From Sphingomonadales bacterium (lineage in GTDB: Bacteria; Pseudomonadota; Alphaproteobacteria; Sphingomonadales; Sphingomonadaceae): DNA of 53,925 nt. The position numbers were made by a program, and so were the translations under genes. The notes beneath the pieces were generated by a model. That model saw nothing but the letters and a program-made list of their open reading frames with translations, had not been told where the DNA came from and did not search any database. The stretch covers positions 1 to 53,925 of the forward strand of contig JBBQXX010000001.1 of NCBI GenBank assembly GCA_038209235.1, in the 5' to 3' direction. Shown one piece after another: positions 1 to 8,969 of this stretch; the first letter of the stretch is position 1; each line of letters opens with the position of its first letter.

Positions 1-461
1 CGATTGAGCTGCACAATGCGGATGTTGAGGATCGCGGCAAAGCTCACCCAGACAAGATAGGGCACGATCAGCCAGCTGGCGAGCATCGAATATGGGCGCA
101 AGCCGATGCATAAGGCCAGCACCGAAGACCACAGGAACACCACCTCGATCAGCGCCCAGTCGGGTCTTTGCAGCTTGAAGAACAGCGGCGACCAGAAGAA
201 GTGGCAGACGAAGTTGGTGCCAAACAGCACGATGATCGCCATTCGCCCGGCATCGGTGGTGGCCCCGTTCCAGGCGAGCACTGCTGCCCATGCACCAAGA
301 CCCAGAATCGTCGTCCAGGCCGGACCGAACAACCAGTCGGGCGGCTGCCAGCTGGGCTTCTTGAGATTACGATACCACGGGCCGATTTTGGTCAGCAGCC
401 CACCTGCACCGCCCAGAATGACGGCCCAGGCGATTGCGGCGATGACCGGTGTGCTGACCAT
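1..461 (-). CDS. tspO: TspO/MBR tryptophan-rich sensory protein (3' end runs off the window)
   Basis: Not in the ORF track. Manual translation from ATG 461 gives MVSTPVIAAIAWAV...GPWYRNLKKPSWQPPDWLFGPAWTTI...LIVPYLVWVSFAAILNIRIVQLN, with the TspO motifs WY..L.KP.W.PP.W.FGP.W and PYL.W..FA..LN. Confidence 0.93.
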   Translation of the reverse strand, partial: MVSTPVIAAIAWAVILGGAGGLLTKIGPWYRNLKKPSWQPPDWLFGPAWTTILGLGAWAAVLAWNGATTDAGRMAIIVLFGTNFVCHFFWSPLFFKLQRPDWALIEVVFLWSSVLALCIGLRPYSMLASWLIVPYLVWVSFAAILNIRIVQLN

Positions 462-589
462 CAAGGAATAATGGGGGTCGGCGCAGTCCAGCGCAATGGT
501 GCAATGCGGCATTGCCCGATATTCGCTTGCCGCCGCCAAGCCAAGCTGCGGATATAGCCTGTATCGAGCAATTAAAAGGTTCGCTTTAC

Positions 590-1129
590 ATGTTCAGGAC
601 ACGCCGCGCGTCCATCGCTATTCTCACCGCCGTCATGGCCGCAACCTGACTCATCGCGCCCGGTTTCGCGCAATCCGTCACCCCGTCACCCCGTCATTGA
701 TGCTCATGGCTGCCGAGCCGCAACATCGCCGCGTTAATTTTGCCAACGCGCCTACCCGCCAGACCTGATTATTCGGCGCTGTTCAGCCGCCACGACGTGC
801 TGGCCGATCAGCTGCTCAAGGCAGGCGATGTCAGCGGCGATTCGCTGTGGCGGATGCCGCTGAACCCCAGCTATGCCGAGGATACCAAATCGACCATCGC
901 CGATATCAAGAATCCGGGAGCCAGCGGCGCAGGCGCGGGTGTGGACACGCATTTCATCGGCGCATTCGTCAATCCCCAGACCCCCTGAGCACATATCGAT
1001 ATCGCGGGCATGGCGTGGAGCGGGGCCAGTGACCTGAAACCTGCAGGCTCATCGGGCTATGGCGTGCAATTGCTCGAGACGTTCGTGCGCGATTTCCAGC
1101 CCCTGCCAAAGGTTGCCGCAAAAGAATAA
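590..1129 (+). pseudogene. Decayed secreted leucyl aminopeptidase (M17) pseudogene
   Basis: C-terminal M17 sequence LFS...LWRMPL..Y...KSTIADIKN...FV...TP*AHIDIAGMAW...SSGYGVQLL has TGA (986-988) at the conserved Trp of PWAHxDIAG. A signal-peptide-like 5' remnant starts at ATG 590, with a stop at 647-649 and an 8-bp duplication at 675-696. Most of the gene is missing. Confidence 0.85.
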
Positions 1130-1178
1130 GCGCGGGCGACGCGTCGCGTGTGAAGAAAGCTGCCAAGGACAGGATCGC

Positions 1179-1907
1179 TTAGCCCTTGAAGCTGTCCTTG
1201 GCCGCGCGGCGGTCGGCGAGCTGGCTTGCGTCCTTGGCGCGCATGAACGGATTGGTGGCGCGCTCCAGCGCAATGGTGGTGGGAACAGTCGCATCGCCGC
1301 GCGCGCGTGCTGCGTCAACCCGTGCCATCCGGTCGGCAATCGCCTGGTTGCCAGGCTCGGCGACCAGAGCATAGCGGCCGTTGGACTGGGTATATTCGTG
1401 CGCGCAATACACTTTGGTCTCGCCAGGCAACGCGGCGAGCCGGGTCATATTGTCAAACATCTGCTCGGCGGTCCCCTCGAACAACCGGCCACAGCCCATC
1501 GCAAACAGGGTATCGCCGACAAAAATGCAGCCCTCGCTGGCCAGATAATAGGCGATATGGCCGCTGGTATGCGCAGGCACATCGATGACATCACCGTGCA
1601 ATGGACCAAAAGCCACCGTGTCGCCGCCGCTGACCGCAACCTCCAGAGTGGCAATCCGCTCCTGCTCGGCTGCAGGCCCTGTGATGGTGCATCCGGTTGC
1701 CGCCTTGATCGCAGCATTGCCGCCGACATGATCGGGATGCCAGTGGGTGTTCCAGATCTGCGTGATCGACCACCCGCGCCGCTGCGCCTCGGCCAGCACC
1801 GGCGCAGCTTCTGCCGGATCGATAACTACGGTCTCGCCGCTCGACGGCTCGTGGGCCAACCAGATGTAGTTGTCGGACAGGGCGGGGATGCGGACGATTT
1901 CAATCAT
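1179..1907 (-). CDS. gloB: Hydroxyacylglutathione hydrolase (glyoxalase II)
   Basis: DNYIW, THWHPDHVGG, HTSGH, GDTLF..GCGRLFEG, CAHEYT and E.ATNPF motifs. Confidence 0.96.
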   Translation of the reverse strand: MIEIVRIPALSDNYIWLAHEPSSGETVVIDPAEAAPVLAEAQRRGWSITQIWNTHWHPDHVGGNAAIKAATGCTITGPAAEQERIATLEVAVSGGDTVAFGPLHGDVIDVPAHTSGHIAYYLASEGCIFVGDTLFAMGCGRLFEGTAEQMFDNMTRLAALPGETKVYCAHEYTQSNGRYALVAEPGNQAIADRMARVDAARARGDATVPTTIALERATNPFMRAKDASQLADRRAAKDSFKG

Positions 1908-1979
1908 GCAGCATGTTTGCCCGTTTCCAGCCGGATTGCCAAGTGTGGCAGCGAATTCCGGCGATGAAATTCCAAGGGG

Positions 1980-2065
1980 TGGTGGACAGGGCTGGATTCG
2001 AACCAGCGTACGCTCTCGCGGGCAGATTTACAGTCTGCTGCCATTAACCACTCGGCCACCTGTCC
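1980..2065 (-). tRNA. tRNA-Tyr (GTA)
   Basis: Reverse complement GGACAGGTGGCCGAGTGGTTAATGGCAGCAGACTGTAAATCTGCCCGCGAGAGCGTACGCTGGTTCGAATCCAGCCCTGTCCACCA: cloverleaf with long variable arm, GTA anticodon and encoded CCA. Confidence 0.98.
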
Positions 2066-2224
2066 ACACGCAAAGCCCTGGTGCGATTGACCTCTTCACC
2101 AGAAGCCGTATTTGCCGAGAGGCGGTCCCTTGAACAATTCGCGCTTGCCTGTCAATGGCGACAGGACGAAAAGCAAAGCTGATCACCCCCGGCGCAATCA
2201 CCGCCCATGAAAGACCCGATAACT

Positions 2225-2989
2225 ATGGCAAAGCGCGGCGTGCGCAACCGGCAACGCAAGGCCGGACTGGAAGGCGGAAAATTTCCGCGATTTTGGGGTA
2301 CTCATGCGGTGGAAGCCGCGATCAACAATCCTGAGCGCCAAATTCGCTGGATTCGTGGCACGCGCGAGGCGCTGGAGCAATTCGAGCTGCCCGCAGGCGT
2401 ATCGGTCGAATTTGCCGATGTTGCCGACCTTGGCCGGCTGGTGACGCGCGATGCGCCGCATCAAGGCGTGGTGGCAGAGGTCGAGCCGCTTGACGATATG
2501 CTGCTGGGCGATGTGTTGTCAGGCAATCCGATGCGGCCGCTGGTGGTGCTCGATCAGGTGACCGATCCGCACAATGTCGGCGCGATCTTCCGGTCAGCAG
2601 CAGCGTTCGATGCCGCAGCAATCATTACGCAGGACCGGCACGCCCCGCCCGAATCGGGCACGATCGCCAAAGCTGCCTCGGGCGCGCTGGAAATCGTGCC
2701 TTGGATCCGTGTCGTCAATCTGGCGCGCGCGCTCGAAGAGATGGCGGGTGCCGGTTACTGGCGCATCGGGCTTGCCGGGGAGGCCGACGAAACTTTGGCC
2801 ACAACGCTTGGCAGCGGACCTTTGGCGCTGGTACTTGGCGCCGAAGGCGAAGGATTGCGCCAGAACGTTGCTGCGCATTGTGATGTTCTGGCGCGGCTGC
2901 CGATCAATTCGGCGATGGAAAGCCTCAATGTCTCCAACGCGGCGGCAATATCGTTGTATGCAATCAGGATAGACCGCGGGGGAAGCTGA
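2225..2989 (+). CDS. rlmB: 23S rRNA (Gm2251) 2'-O-methyltransferase, TrmH/SpoU family
   Basis: HQGVVA, LDQVTDPHNVGAI.RSA, LVLGAEGEGLR and ESLNVSNA motifs. Start is 2225 or 2207. Confidence 0.92.
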   Translation: MAKRGVRNRQRKAGLEGGKFPRFWGTHAVEAAINNPERQIRWIRGTREALEQFELPAGVSVEFADVADLGRLVTRDAPHQGVVAEVEPLDDMLLGDVLSGNPMRPLVVLDQVTDPHNVGAIFRSAAAFDAAAIITQDRHAPPESGTIAKAASGALEIVPWIRVVNLARALEEMAGAGYWRIGLAGEADETLATTLGSGPLALVLGAEGEGLRQNVAAHCDVLARLPINSAMESLNVSNAAAISLYAIRIDRGGS

Positions 2990-3939
2990 TGATGACGGGC
3001 CAGGGGATGGGATTGCGGCTGCTGGCTATGGCGGGCACCGCGCTGATGCTGACGGGCTGCCTGTTGTCACCCGGCAAGTTCGCTGCGGATATGACGGTGA
3101 TGCGTAATGGCGAATTTTCGTTTGCCTATAAGGGCGAGATCTATCTGCTTGGCCTTAGCCAAATTGTGGAAATGGGCGCATCGCTCGACAAGAATGGCAC
3201 GCAGTTCACTCCTGGCCCCTGCTATGGCGACCCGGCCCAGATCGATGGCGTGGTGCTCAAGACTGCGCTGCTGCAGGACGAAGCCTGGGCCGAAGAGGCG
3301 CTTGAGCGCGAGTGCACACCTGCGGAAATCTACGAGCAAAAAGTCCAGTGGGACGACCAGCGCGCGACAAAGAAGGCCGAGGATGCGCGCAATATCGAGC
3401 TAATGAAGGCATTGCTGGGTGGCATCGACCCCAGCGCACCCGAGGCGATCGACGAGTTCATCGCCCGGATCAAGAAACAGAAAGGCTGGCGCGATGTTGT
3501 TCACAAGGGCGATGGGTTGTTCGAGGTGGATTATGCCGTTTCAGGCCGGATCGATCAGGATTTCACTTTTCCGGTGATCGAGAAAACCCAAGGGCTGACC
3601 CCGTTCATCGTGGCGGTGGCGCGGGCCAACGGTGCGGTGCGTATCGATGCGCCCGCCTTTGTATCGGCAGGGCAAAACAGTTTTATGGGCGGAAGCATGG
3701 GCGGTCTTTTGCCAATCTTTCAGGCGATTGGTGCGTCTGGCGATAGCGAAGAGGCAAAGCTGTTTGCCAGGCTGCCCAAGCCTGAGGGCACATTCACCCT
3801 CCGCACAGACGGCGAGATTCTGACCAACAACACTCAGGATGGTCCAGAGCCATCGGGGGCAATGCGCGCATTGCAGTGGAAAACAGGCCCGCGCACGCCC
3901 AGCGCGCCAGAGGCCCTGATCATGCTGGACGCAGCGTAA
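2989..3939 (+). CDS. Uncharacterised lipoprotein (paralog 1)
   Basis: Lipobox LTGC followed by LLSPGKF; start overlaps the rlmB stop; similar to the next gene. Confidence 0.8.
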   Translation: MMTGQGMGLRLLAMAGTALMLTGCLLSPGKFAADMTVMRNGEFSFAYKGEIYLLGLSQIVEMGASLDKNGTQFTPGPCYGDPAQIDGVVLKTALLQDEAWAEEALERECTPAEIYEQKVQWDDQRATKKAEDARNIELMKALLGGIDPSAPEAIDEFIARIKKQKGWRDVVHKGDGLFEVDYAVSGRIDQDFTFPVIEKTQGLTPFIVAVARANGAVRIDAPAFVSAGQNSFMGGSMGGLLPIFQAIGASGDSEEAKLFARLPKPEGTFTLRTDGEILTNNTQDGPEPSGAMRALQWKTGPRTPSAPEALIMLDAA

Positions 3940-3995
3940 ACACTCGACCATAAGTGCTTGCAATTATCCCTCTTGGGTCGCGCCGGGAAGGAACC

Positions 3996-4808
3996 ATGCC
4001 GATGAAGATGATGCGCCTGCTCGCGGCTCTTGCCATGCCGCTGCTGCTGACCGGTTGCTTGCTTTCGCCTGGCAAATTTACGTCCACGCTCGATTTGCAA
4101 CGCAATGGCAGTTTTACCTTTACCTATACTGGCGAGATCGTGATCATCGACACCTCAACGCCTCCCGTCGAGTTTTCGGCCAGCGGCTGTTATGATGAAA
4201 CAACTTATGAAGACCGCACCTGCACCGCTGCAGATCTGGAAAAGCAGCGCAAGGAGTTTGATGAAAACCAGGCTGCCAACAAGGATGCCAACGATATGGG
4301 CGGAATGGTCAGCAAGGGCATGGGCGATTTCGGCAGCGATGACAGCATCGCCGAACTGGTCGAACAGCTCAAGAAACAGGAAGGCTGGAAAAGCGTCAGC
4401 TATCGCGGCAACCGCATCATCGATGTGGAATATGCGATCACCGGCACGATGAGCCATGGCTTTTCCTTCCCGATGGTCGATGCCGGTGCTGGTGTAATGC
4501 CGTTTGTCACCATGACGCGGCGCAAGGATGGCAGCGTCAAGGTCATCGCGCCGGCCTTCTCGGGCACCGGTATGGGCGGAGATCTTGCCGGCCTGGGTGC
4601 GATGGCAGGAGCAGGTGCCACCGGCGCAGGCAAACCAGAGCAGCCCAAGGCCGATGGCACATTCATCATCACCACCGATGGCAGCATCCTGACCAACAAC
4701 ACCGAAGAAGGCCCCACCACTGCGGCAGGTCGGTCAACCTTGCAATGGGTGGTCAACAGCCGTCTGGACAAGGGCCCTGAAACCCTGATCGGCCTTGCTG
4801 CCCGGTGA
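3996..4808 (+). CDS. Uncharacterised lipoprotein (paralog 2)
   Basis: GGAAGGA RBS before ATG 3996; lipobox LTGC-LLSPGKF; shares K.Q.GW, G.F...TDG.ILTNNT..GP and L.W blocks with paralog 1. Confidence 0.82.
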   Translation: MPMKMMRLLAALAMPLLLTGCLLSPGKFTSTLDLQRNGSFTFTYTGEIVIIDTSTPPVEFSASGCYDETTYEDRTCTAADLEKQRKEFDENQAANKDANDMGGMVSKGMGDFGSDDSIAELVEQLKKQEGWKSVSYRGNRIIDVEYAITGTMSHGFSFPMVDAGAGVMPFVTMTRRKDGSVKVIAPAFSGTGMGGDLAGLGAMAGAGATGAGKPEQPKADGTFIITTDGSILTNNTEEGPTTAAGRSTLQWVVNSRLDKGPETLIGLAAR

Positions 4809-4830
4809 TTGATCGCATAGCGGTTCCTAG

Positions 4831-5466
4831 ATGAACCGTGCAAAGATCACAGTGTCGTTGCTGGGCTTGCCGCTGGTCTTGTTGCAGGGCGGATGCATTG
4901 AGCGGCCCAGCGACGAGATGCTGCGCCCGCCCCCGCAGTTTGAGCGTGCAGTGACCGTGCTGGGCGAGCAGACCCGTTCTTCATCGCGGCGGCTGGCGAC
5001 TCAGGCTCAGCGTGGCTCACAGCGGCTGGTGCAGCGGTCTGGAAGGTTGACCGTGCCAGTTCTGGCGCAAGCCATCCGTCATGGCGAAGTCCAGGCGGCG
5101 CGTGCAGGTGCCAAGCCCATTCCCGATCCGATGGTGCGCATGCTCACGCCGCATTTTTCTGAAGACCTTTTGAAATCGGTGCGCTGGTCGACTGGCAATG
5201 GCCGCATTGATCTGGGCACATTCCTGACCCAACAGTACATGGATGAAGGCGCGGTCGCGCTGAACCGGCAGGTGGTATTCTCAAGTCATCGGCTGACCGG
5301 AAATGTGTGGATCTGGGCGCATGAACTGGCGCATGTCGAACAATACCGGCGCTTGGGCGTCAACGGTTTTGCGGCGGCCTATATCGCGGACTGGCGCACG
5401 ATCGAACGCGAGGCGACCGATCGTGCCAACCAGGTCTCGGCTGCTATTCGCAAGACAAACCCATAG
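4831..5466 (+). CDS. DUF4157-like putative zinc metallopeptidase, possible lipoprotein
   Basis: WAHELAHVEQY (HExxH) and downstream IEREA; hydrophobic N-terminus ending in GGC. Confidence 0.7.
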   Translation: MNRAKITVSLLGLPLVLLQGGCIERPSDEMLRPPPQFERAVTVLGEQTRSSSRRLATQAQRGSQRLVQRSGRLTVPVLAQAIRHGEVQAARAGAKPIPDPMVRMLTPHFSEDLLKSVRWSTGNGRIDLGTFLTQQYMDEGAVALNRQVVFSSHRLTGNVWIWAHELAHVEQYRRLGVNGFAAAYIADWRTIEREATDRANQVSAAIRKTNP

Positions 5467-5500
5467 GCCATCGAGCTCTGGTGCAGGGCGGATCATAAAC

Positions 5501-5531
5501 AAAAAAGGCGGGCCATCTGGCACCGCCTTTT
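5501..5531. terminator. Bidirectional Rho-independent terminator
   Basis: AAAAAAGGCGG-GCCATCTGGCA-CCGCCTTTT hairpin between convergent genes. Confidence 0.7.
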
Positions 5532-5643
5532 CCGTTCAAGTTTCAATCGACTGGGTTTTTGGCCTGTGCGACCCTTTCCCGCTCAAAGTCTGCGTGTTGT
5601 GAATCACCGCTGCGTATAGCGTGACTCACATAGGTTCAGCCGA

Positions 5644-5916
5644 TCAGTTGACTGCGTCTTTCAAGCCCTTGCCAGCCTTGAATTTGGGCTGGGTGGAGGC
5701 CTTTATTTCCATCTTTTCGCCGGTGCGTGGATTGCGGCCGGTCGATGCCTTGCGCTTGCTTACCGAGAACGTGCCAAAGCCGACAAGGCGGACTTCACTG
5801 CCCTTGGAGAGCGCGCTGCTGATTGCATCAAACACTGCCTCGACTGCCTTGCTGGCATCGGTCTTGGTAATGCCGCTCTGATCAGCGACCGCAGAGATGA
5901 GATCATTCTTGTTCAT
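5644..5916 (-). CDS. hup: HU family DNA-binding protein
   Basis: MNKNDLI...V.LVGFGTF...GRNPRTGE...PKFKAGK.LKDAVN; lies downstream of lon. Confidence 0.97.
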   Translation of the reverse strand: MNKNDLISAVADQSGITKTDASKAVEAVFDAISSALSKGSEVRLVGFGTFSVSKRKASTGRNPRTGEKMEIKASTQPKFKAGKGLKDAVN

Positions 5917-6114
5917 GCTGTAGGAACCCCCTGATATTTTTGAATCTTGCTGAATTACCGCTTCGAGGGAGCAGATTTAGGACCAGTTGTTTCCGCCTGT
6001 CAAAGGGAAATGCACAGGATTCCTAGCGTCGGATTGCATTATTGCGGCAGAGTGGCTGGCCGAACACACGTTCTGCCAGATGCTGCATCGCAACAATGCG
6101 TCAACGATGCGTCA

Positions 6115-8511
6115 TCAATGCTTCACTGCGCCCTCGGTAACTTCATGCCCCAGCACCGGGGGTTGGGCTGCCAGTTCATCCGCCTCGGTCCACACAATCG
6201 GCACAAGCGGATCGACCAGCGCGATGCGCAATACCTCATCGACATGCGCAACAGGGATGATCTGCAAACCCTGTTTCACATTTTCGGGGATCTCGGCCAA
6301 ATCCTTCTCATTCTCGATCGGGATCAACACTGTAGTGATACCCCCGCGCAACGCCGCGAGCAGCTTTTCCTTGAGGCCGCCGATCGGCAGGACCCGACCG
6401 CGCAACGTGACCTCGCCTGTCATCGCGACATCGCGGCGCACAGCGTTGCCGGTCAGCGTCGAGATGATCGACGTCACCATGCCAATACCCGCCGACGGAC
6501 CATCCTTGGGCACCGCACCTTCGGGAAGGTGGATGTGAATATCCTTGCGCGCAAAGATGCTGGGCTTGATCCCGTAAGCCGGAGCCCGCGCCTTGACGAA
6601 CGAGAACGCCGCCTGGACCGACTCCTGCATCACTTCGCCCAGCTTGCCGGTGGTCTTGATCATACCCTTGCCGGGGACGGTCACCGCCTCGATGGTCAGC
6701 AGTTCGCCGCCCACTTCGGTCCACGCCAGGCCGGTTACCGCACCGATGTCGTTCTCGGTCTCGCCGATGCCGTGACGAAATTTGCGGACGCCGGCAAAGT
6801 CGGACAGATTGTCCCCGGTAATCGTGATGCTCTGGTCCTTGCCTTCCAGAATCCGGCGCAAGGATTTGCGGGCAAGCCGTGCGATCTCGCGTTCCAGCGT
6901 GCGCACGCCAGCCTCACGCGTATAGTAACGGATCAGGTCGCGCAGGCCATCGTCGGCCAGCACGAACTCCTTGTCCCTCAGGCCATGCGCCTCGATCTGC
7001 TTGGCGATCAGGTGCCGTTTGGCGATCTCGACCTTCTCATCTTCGGTATAGCCTTCCAGCCGGATGATCTCCATCCGGTCGAGCAGGGCTTGCGGCAGGT
7101 TAAGGCTGTTGGCGGTGGTGACGAACATGATATCCGAAAGATCGATGTCGATCTCCAGATAATGGTCCTGAAACTTGCTGTTCTGTTCAGGGTCGAGCAC
7201 TTCGAGCAGCGCAGAGGCGGGGTCACCCCGAAAATCCTGCCCCAGCTTGTCGATCTCGTCGAGCAGGAACAGCGGGTTGCTGGCCCCGGCCTTTTTGAGG
7301 TTGTTGACGATCTTGCCCGGCAGCGATCCGATGTAGGTGCGCCTGTGACCGCGGATTTCCGCCTCATCACGCACCCCGCCAAGCGACTGGCGAACGAATT
7401 CGCGCCCCGTAGCCTTCGCGATGCTGCGCCCCAACGAGGTCTTGCCGACGCCCGGTGGCCCGACAAGGCAAAGAATCGGCCCCTTTAGCTTATTGGTCCG
7501 CGCCTGAACGGCCAGATGTTCGATGATCCGGTCCTTGACCTTCTCCAACCCGAAATGGTCATCATCGAGCACCTTTTGCGCTTCGCCGATATCCTTCTTG
7601 AGCTTCGATTTCTTACCCCAGGGCAGGCCCAGCAGCACATCGAGATAATTGCGCACAACGGTCGCTTCGGCCGACATCGGCGCCATGCCGCGTAGTTTCT
7701 TGAGTTCGGACGTCGCCTTGGCCTTCGCCTCGGGTGACATCTTCAGTTTTTCGATCTTGGCGGCCAGTTCGGATACGCCGTTGCCGTCTTCGCCATCGCC
7801 ATGGCCAAGCTCGGACTGGATCGCCTTGAGCTGCTCGTTGAGATAATATTCGCGCTGGGTCTTTTCCATCTGGCGCTTGACGCGGCCACGGATCTTCTTT
7901 TCGACCTGAAGCACGCCCAGTTCGCCTTCCATGAAGCCGAACACCATTTCCAGCCGCCTGACCGGGTCTTCCTCGGTCAGCAGGCTCTGCTTGTCGGCCA
8001 CCTTGACCGCGATATTGGCCGCAACCGCATCGGCCAGCTTGGCAGCATCGTCGATCTCGGCGAGCTGGACCGCGGTTTCGGACGGCATTTTCTTGTTGAG
8101 CTTGGCGTAATTTTCGAACTGATCCACCACAGAGCGCATCAGCGCATTGACATCGGTGCCGCTGACCGCGCGGCTTGCCAGCATCTCGACTTGCGCCAAC
8201 ACGTGATCGCCCGAATCCTGCAACTGGGTCAGCCGCGCGCGTTCGCCGCCTTCGACCAGAACACGCACCGTCCCATCGGGCAGCTTGAGCAGCTGAAGCA
8301 CGGTGGCGACGACACCAATATCGTAAAGATCATCGCGGTCAGGATCATCGCGCGCCGGGTCAAGCTGCGCGACGAGGAAGATTTCCTTGTCCTGTTCCAT
8401 AGCGCGTTCGAGCGCGGCAACGGACTTGTCGCGTCCGACGAACAGCGGCACGATCATCTGCGGAAAAACCACAATGTCGCGCAAGGGAAGCAGCGGATAG
8501 CTCTGAGACAT
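6115..8511 (-). CDS. lon: Lon ATP-dependent protease
   Basis: [11 protein letters not shown]-domain, Walker [25 protein letters not shown] (catalytic Ser) and IGGLKEK. Confidence 0.99.
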   Translation of the reverse strand: MSQSYPLLPLRDIVVFPQMIVPLFVGRDKSVAALERAMEQDKEIFLVAQLDPARDDPDRDDLYDIGVVATVLQLLKLPDGTVRVLVEGGERARLTQLQDSGDHVLAQVEMLASRAVSGTDVNALMRSVVDQFENYAKLNKKMPSETAVQLAEIDDAAKLADAVAANIAVKVADKQSLLTEEDPVRRLEMVFGFMEGELGVLQVEKKIRGRVKRQMEKTQREYYLNEQLKAIQSELGHGDGEDGNGVSELAAKIEKLKMSPEAKAKATSELKKLRGMAPMSAEATVVRNYLDVLLGLPWGKKSKLKKDIGEAQKVLDDDHFGLEKVKDRIIEHLAVQARTNKLKGPILCLVGPPGVGKTSLGRSIAKATGREFVRQSLGGVRDEAEIRGHRRTYIGSLPGKIVNNLKKAGASNPLFLLDEIDKLGQDFRGDPASALLEVLDPEQNSKFQDHYLEIDIDLSDIMFVTTANSLNLPQALLDRMEIIRLEGYTEDEKVEIAKRHLIAKQIEAHGLRDKEFVLADDGLRDLIRYYTREAGVRTLEREIARLARKSLRRILEGKDQSITITGDNLSDFAGVRKFRHGIGETENDIGAVTGLAWTEVGGELLTIEAVTVPGKGMIKTTGKLGEVMQESVQAAFSFVKARAPAYGIKPSIFARKDIHIHLPEGAVPKDGPSAGIGMVTSIISTLTGNAVRRDVAMTGEVTLRGRVLPIGGLKEKLLAALRGGITTVLIPIENEKDLAEIPENVKQGLQIIPVAHVDEVLRIALVDPLVPIVWTEADELAAQPPVLGHEVTEGAVKH

Positions 8512-8573
8512 GGTCAATTCGGTTCAATCCATCTTGGGTGGCAGCGTCAGTTCAATGACGCCTGTACTTTCCG

Positions 8574-8604
8574 ATATATGGGCACAGGGCTGTTGGACGA
8601 CAAG
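8574..8604 (-). promoter_or_regulatory. Putative RpoH (sigma-32) promoter of lon
   Basis: Minus strand reads CTTGTC-N16-CCCATATAT, about 60 nt upstream of the lon start. Confidence 0.7.
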
Positions 8605-8633
8605 CAATGGTAATCGCAGCCCGGTTAACGCAA

Positions 8634-8969
8634 TCAAAACGGCAGCTTGAAGCCGGCGGGAAGCGACAGGCCCTGTGCCATCTTGCTCATCTCTTCTTCG
8701 CTGGCCCGGTCCGCCTTGGTGCGCGCATCGTTGAACGCGGCGGCGATCAGGTCTTCGAGCATCTGCTTGTCGGCAGGCACCATCAGGCTGTCGTCGATCG
8801 ACACCCCCAATATGCGGCCCTTCGCAGTGGCGCGGACCTTGACGAGGCCTCCCCCGGCAGCGCCTTCGACCTCGACCGTTTCGAGCTTGGCCTGCGCCTC
8901 GTTCATCTGGCGCTGGACGGTCTGGGCAGCTTCCTGCGCCGCCTGCATCATTTCTTCCATGCTTTTCAT
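8634..8969 (-). CDS. ybaB: YbaB/EbfC nucleoid-associated protein
   Basis: G.AGGGLVKV and D..MLEDLIAAAFNDA motifs; overlaps the dnaX stop. Confidence 0.95.
   Translation of the reverse strand: MKSMEEMMQAAQEAAQTVQRQMNEAQAKLETVEVEGAAGGGLVKVRATAKGRILGVSIDDSLMVPADKQMLEDLIAAAFNDARTKADRASEEEMSKMAQGLSLPAGFKLPF

Noticed and set aside
986-988. In-frame TGA as selenocysteine or TGA=Trp recoding
   Set aside because: The same gene has other lesions (stop, frameshift, deletion), and many intact genes here end in TGA and use TGG for Trp.
1908-2065. tRNA-Tyr as an integration site for an island
   Set aside because: I found no integrase and no duplicated tRNA 3' end; gloB follows directly.
5947-7488. 513-aa plus-strand ORF and similar long antisense ORFs (for example 23066-24343, 43342-44535, 18060-19211, 1059-1967)
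   Set aside because: These are shadow ORFs opposite well-supported genes, expected from GC-rich codon bias, and show no recognisable motifs.
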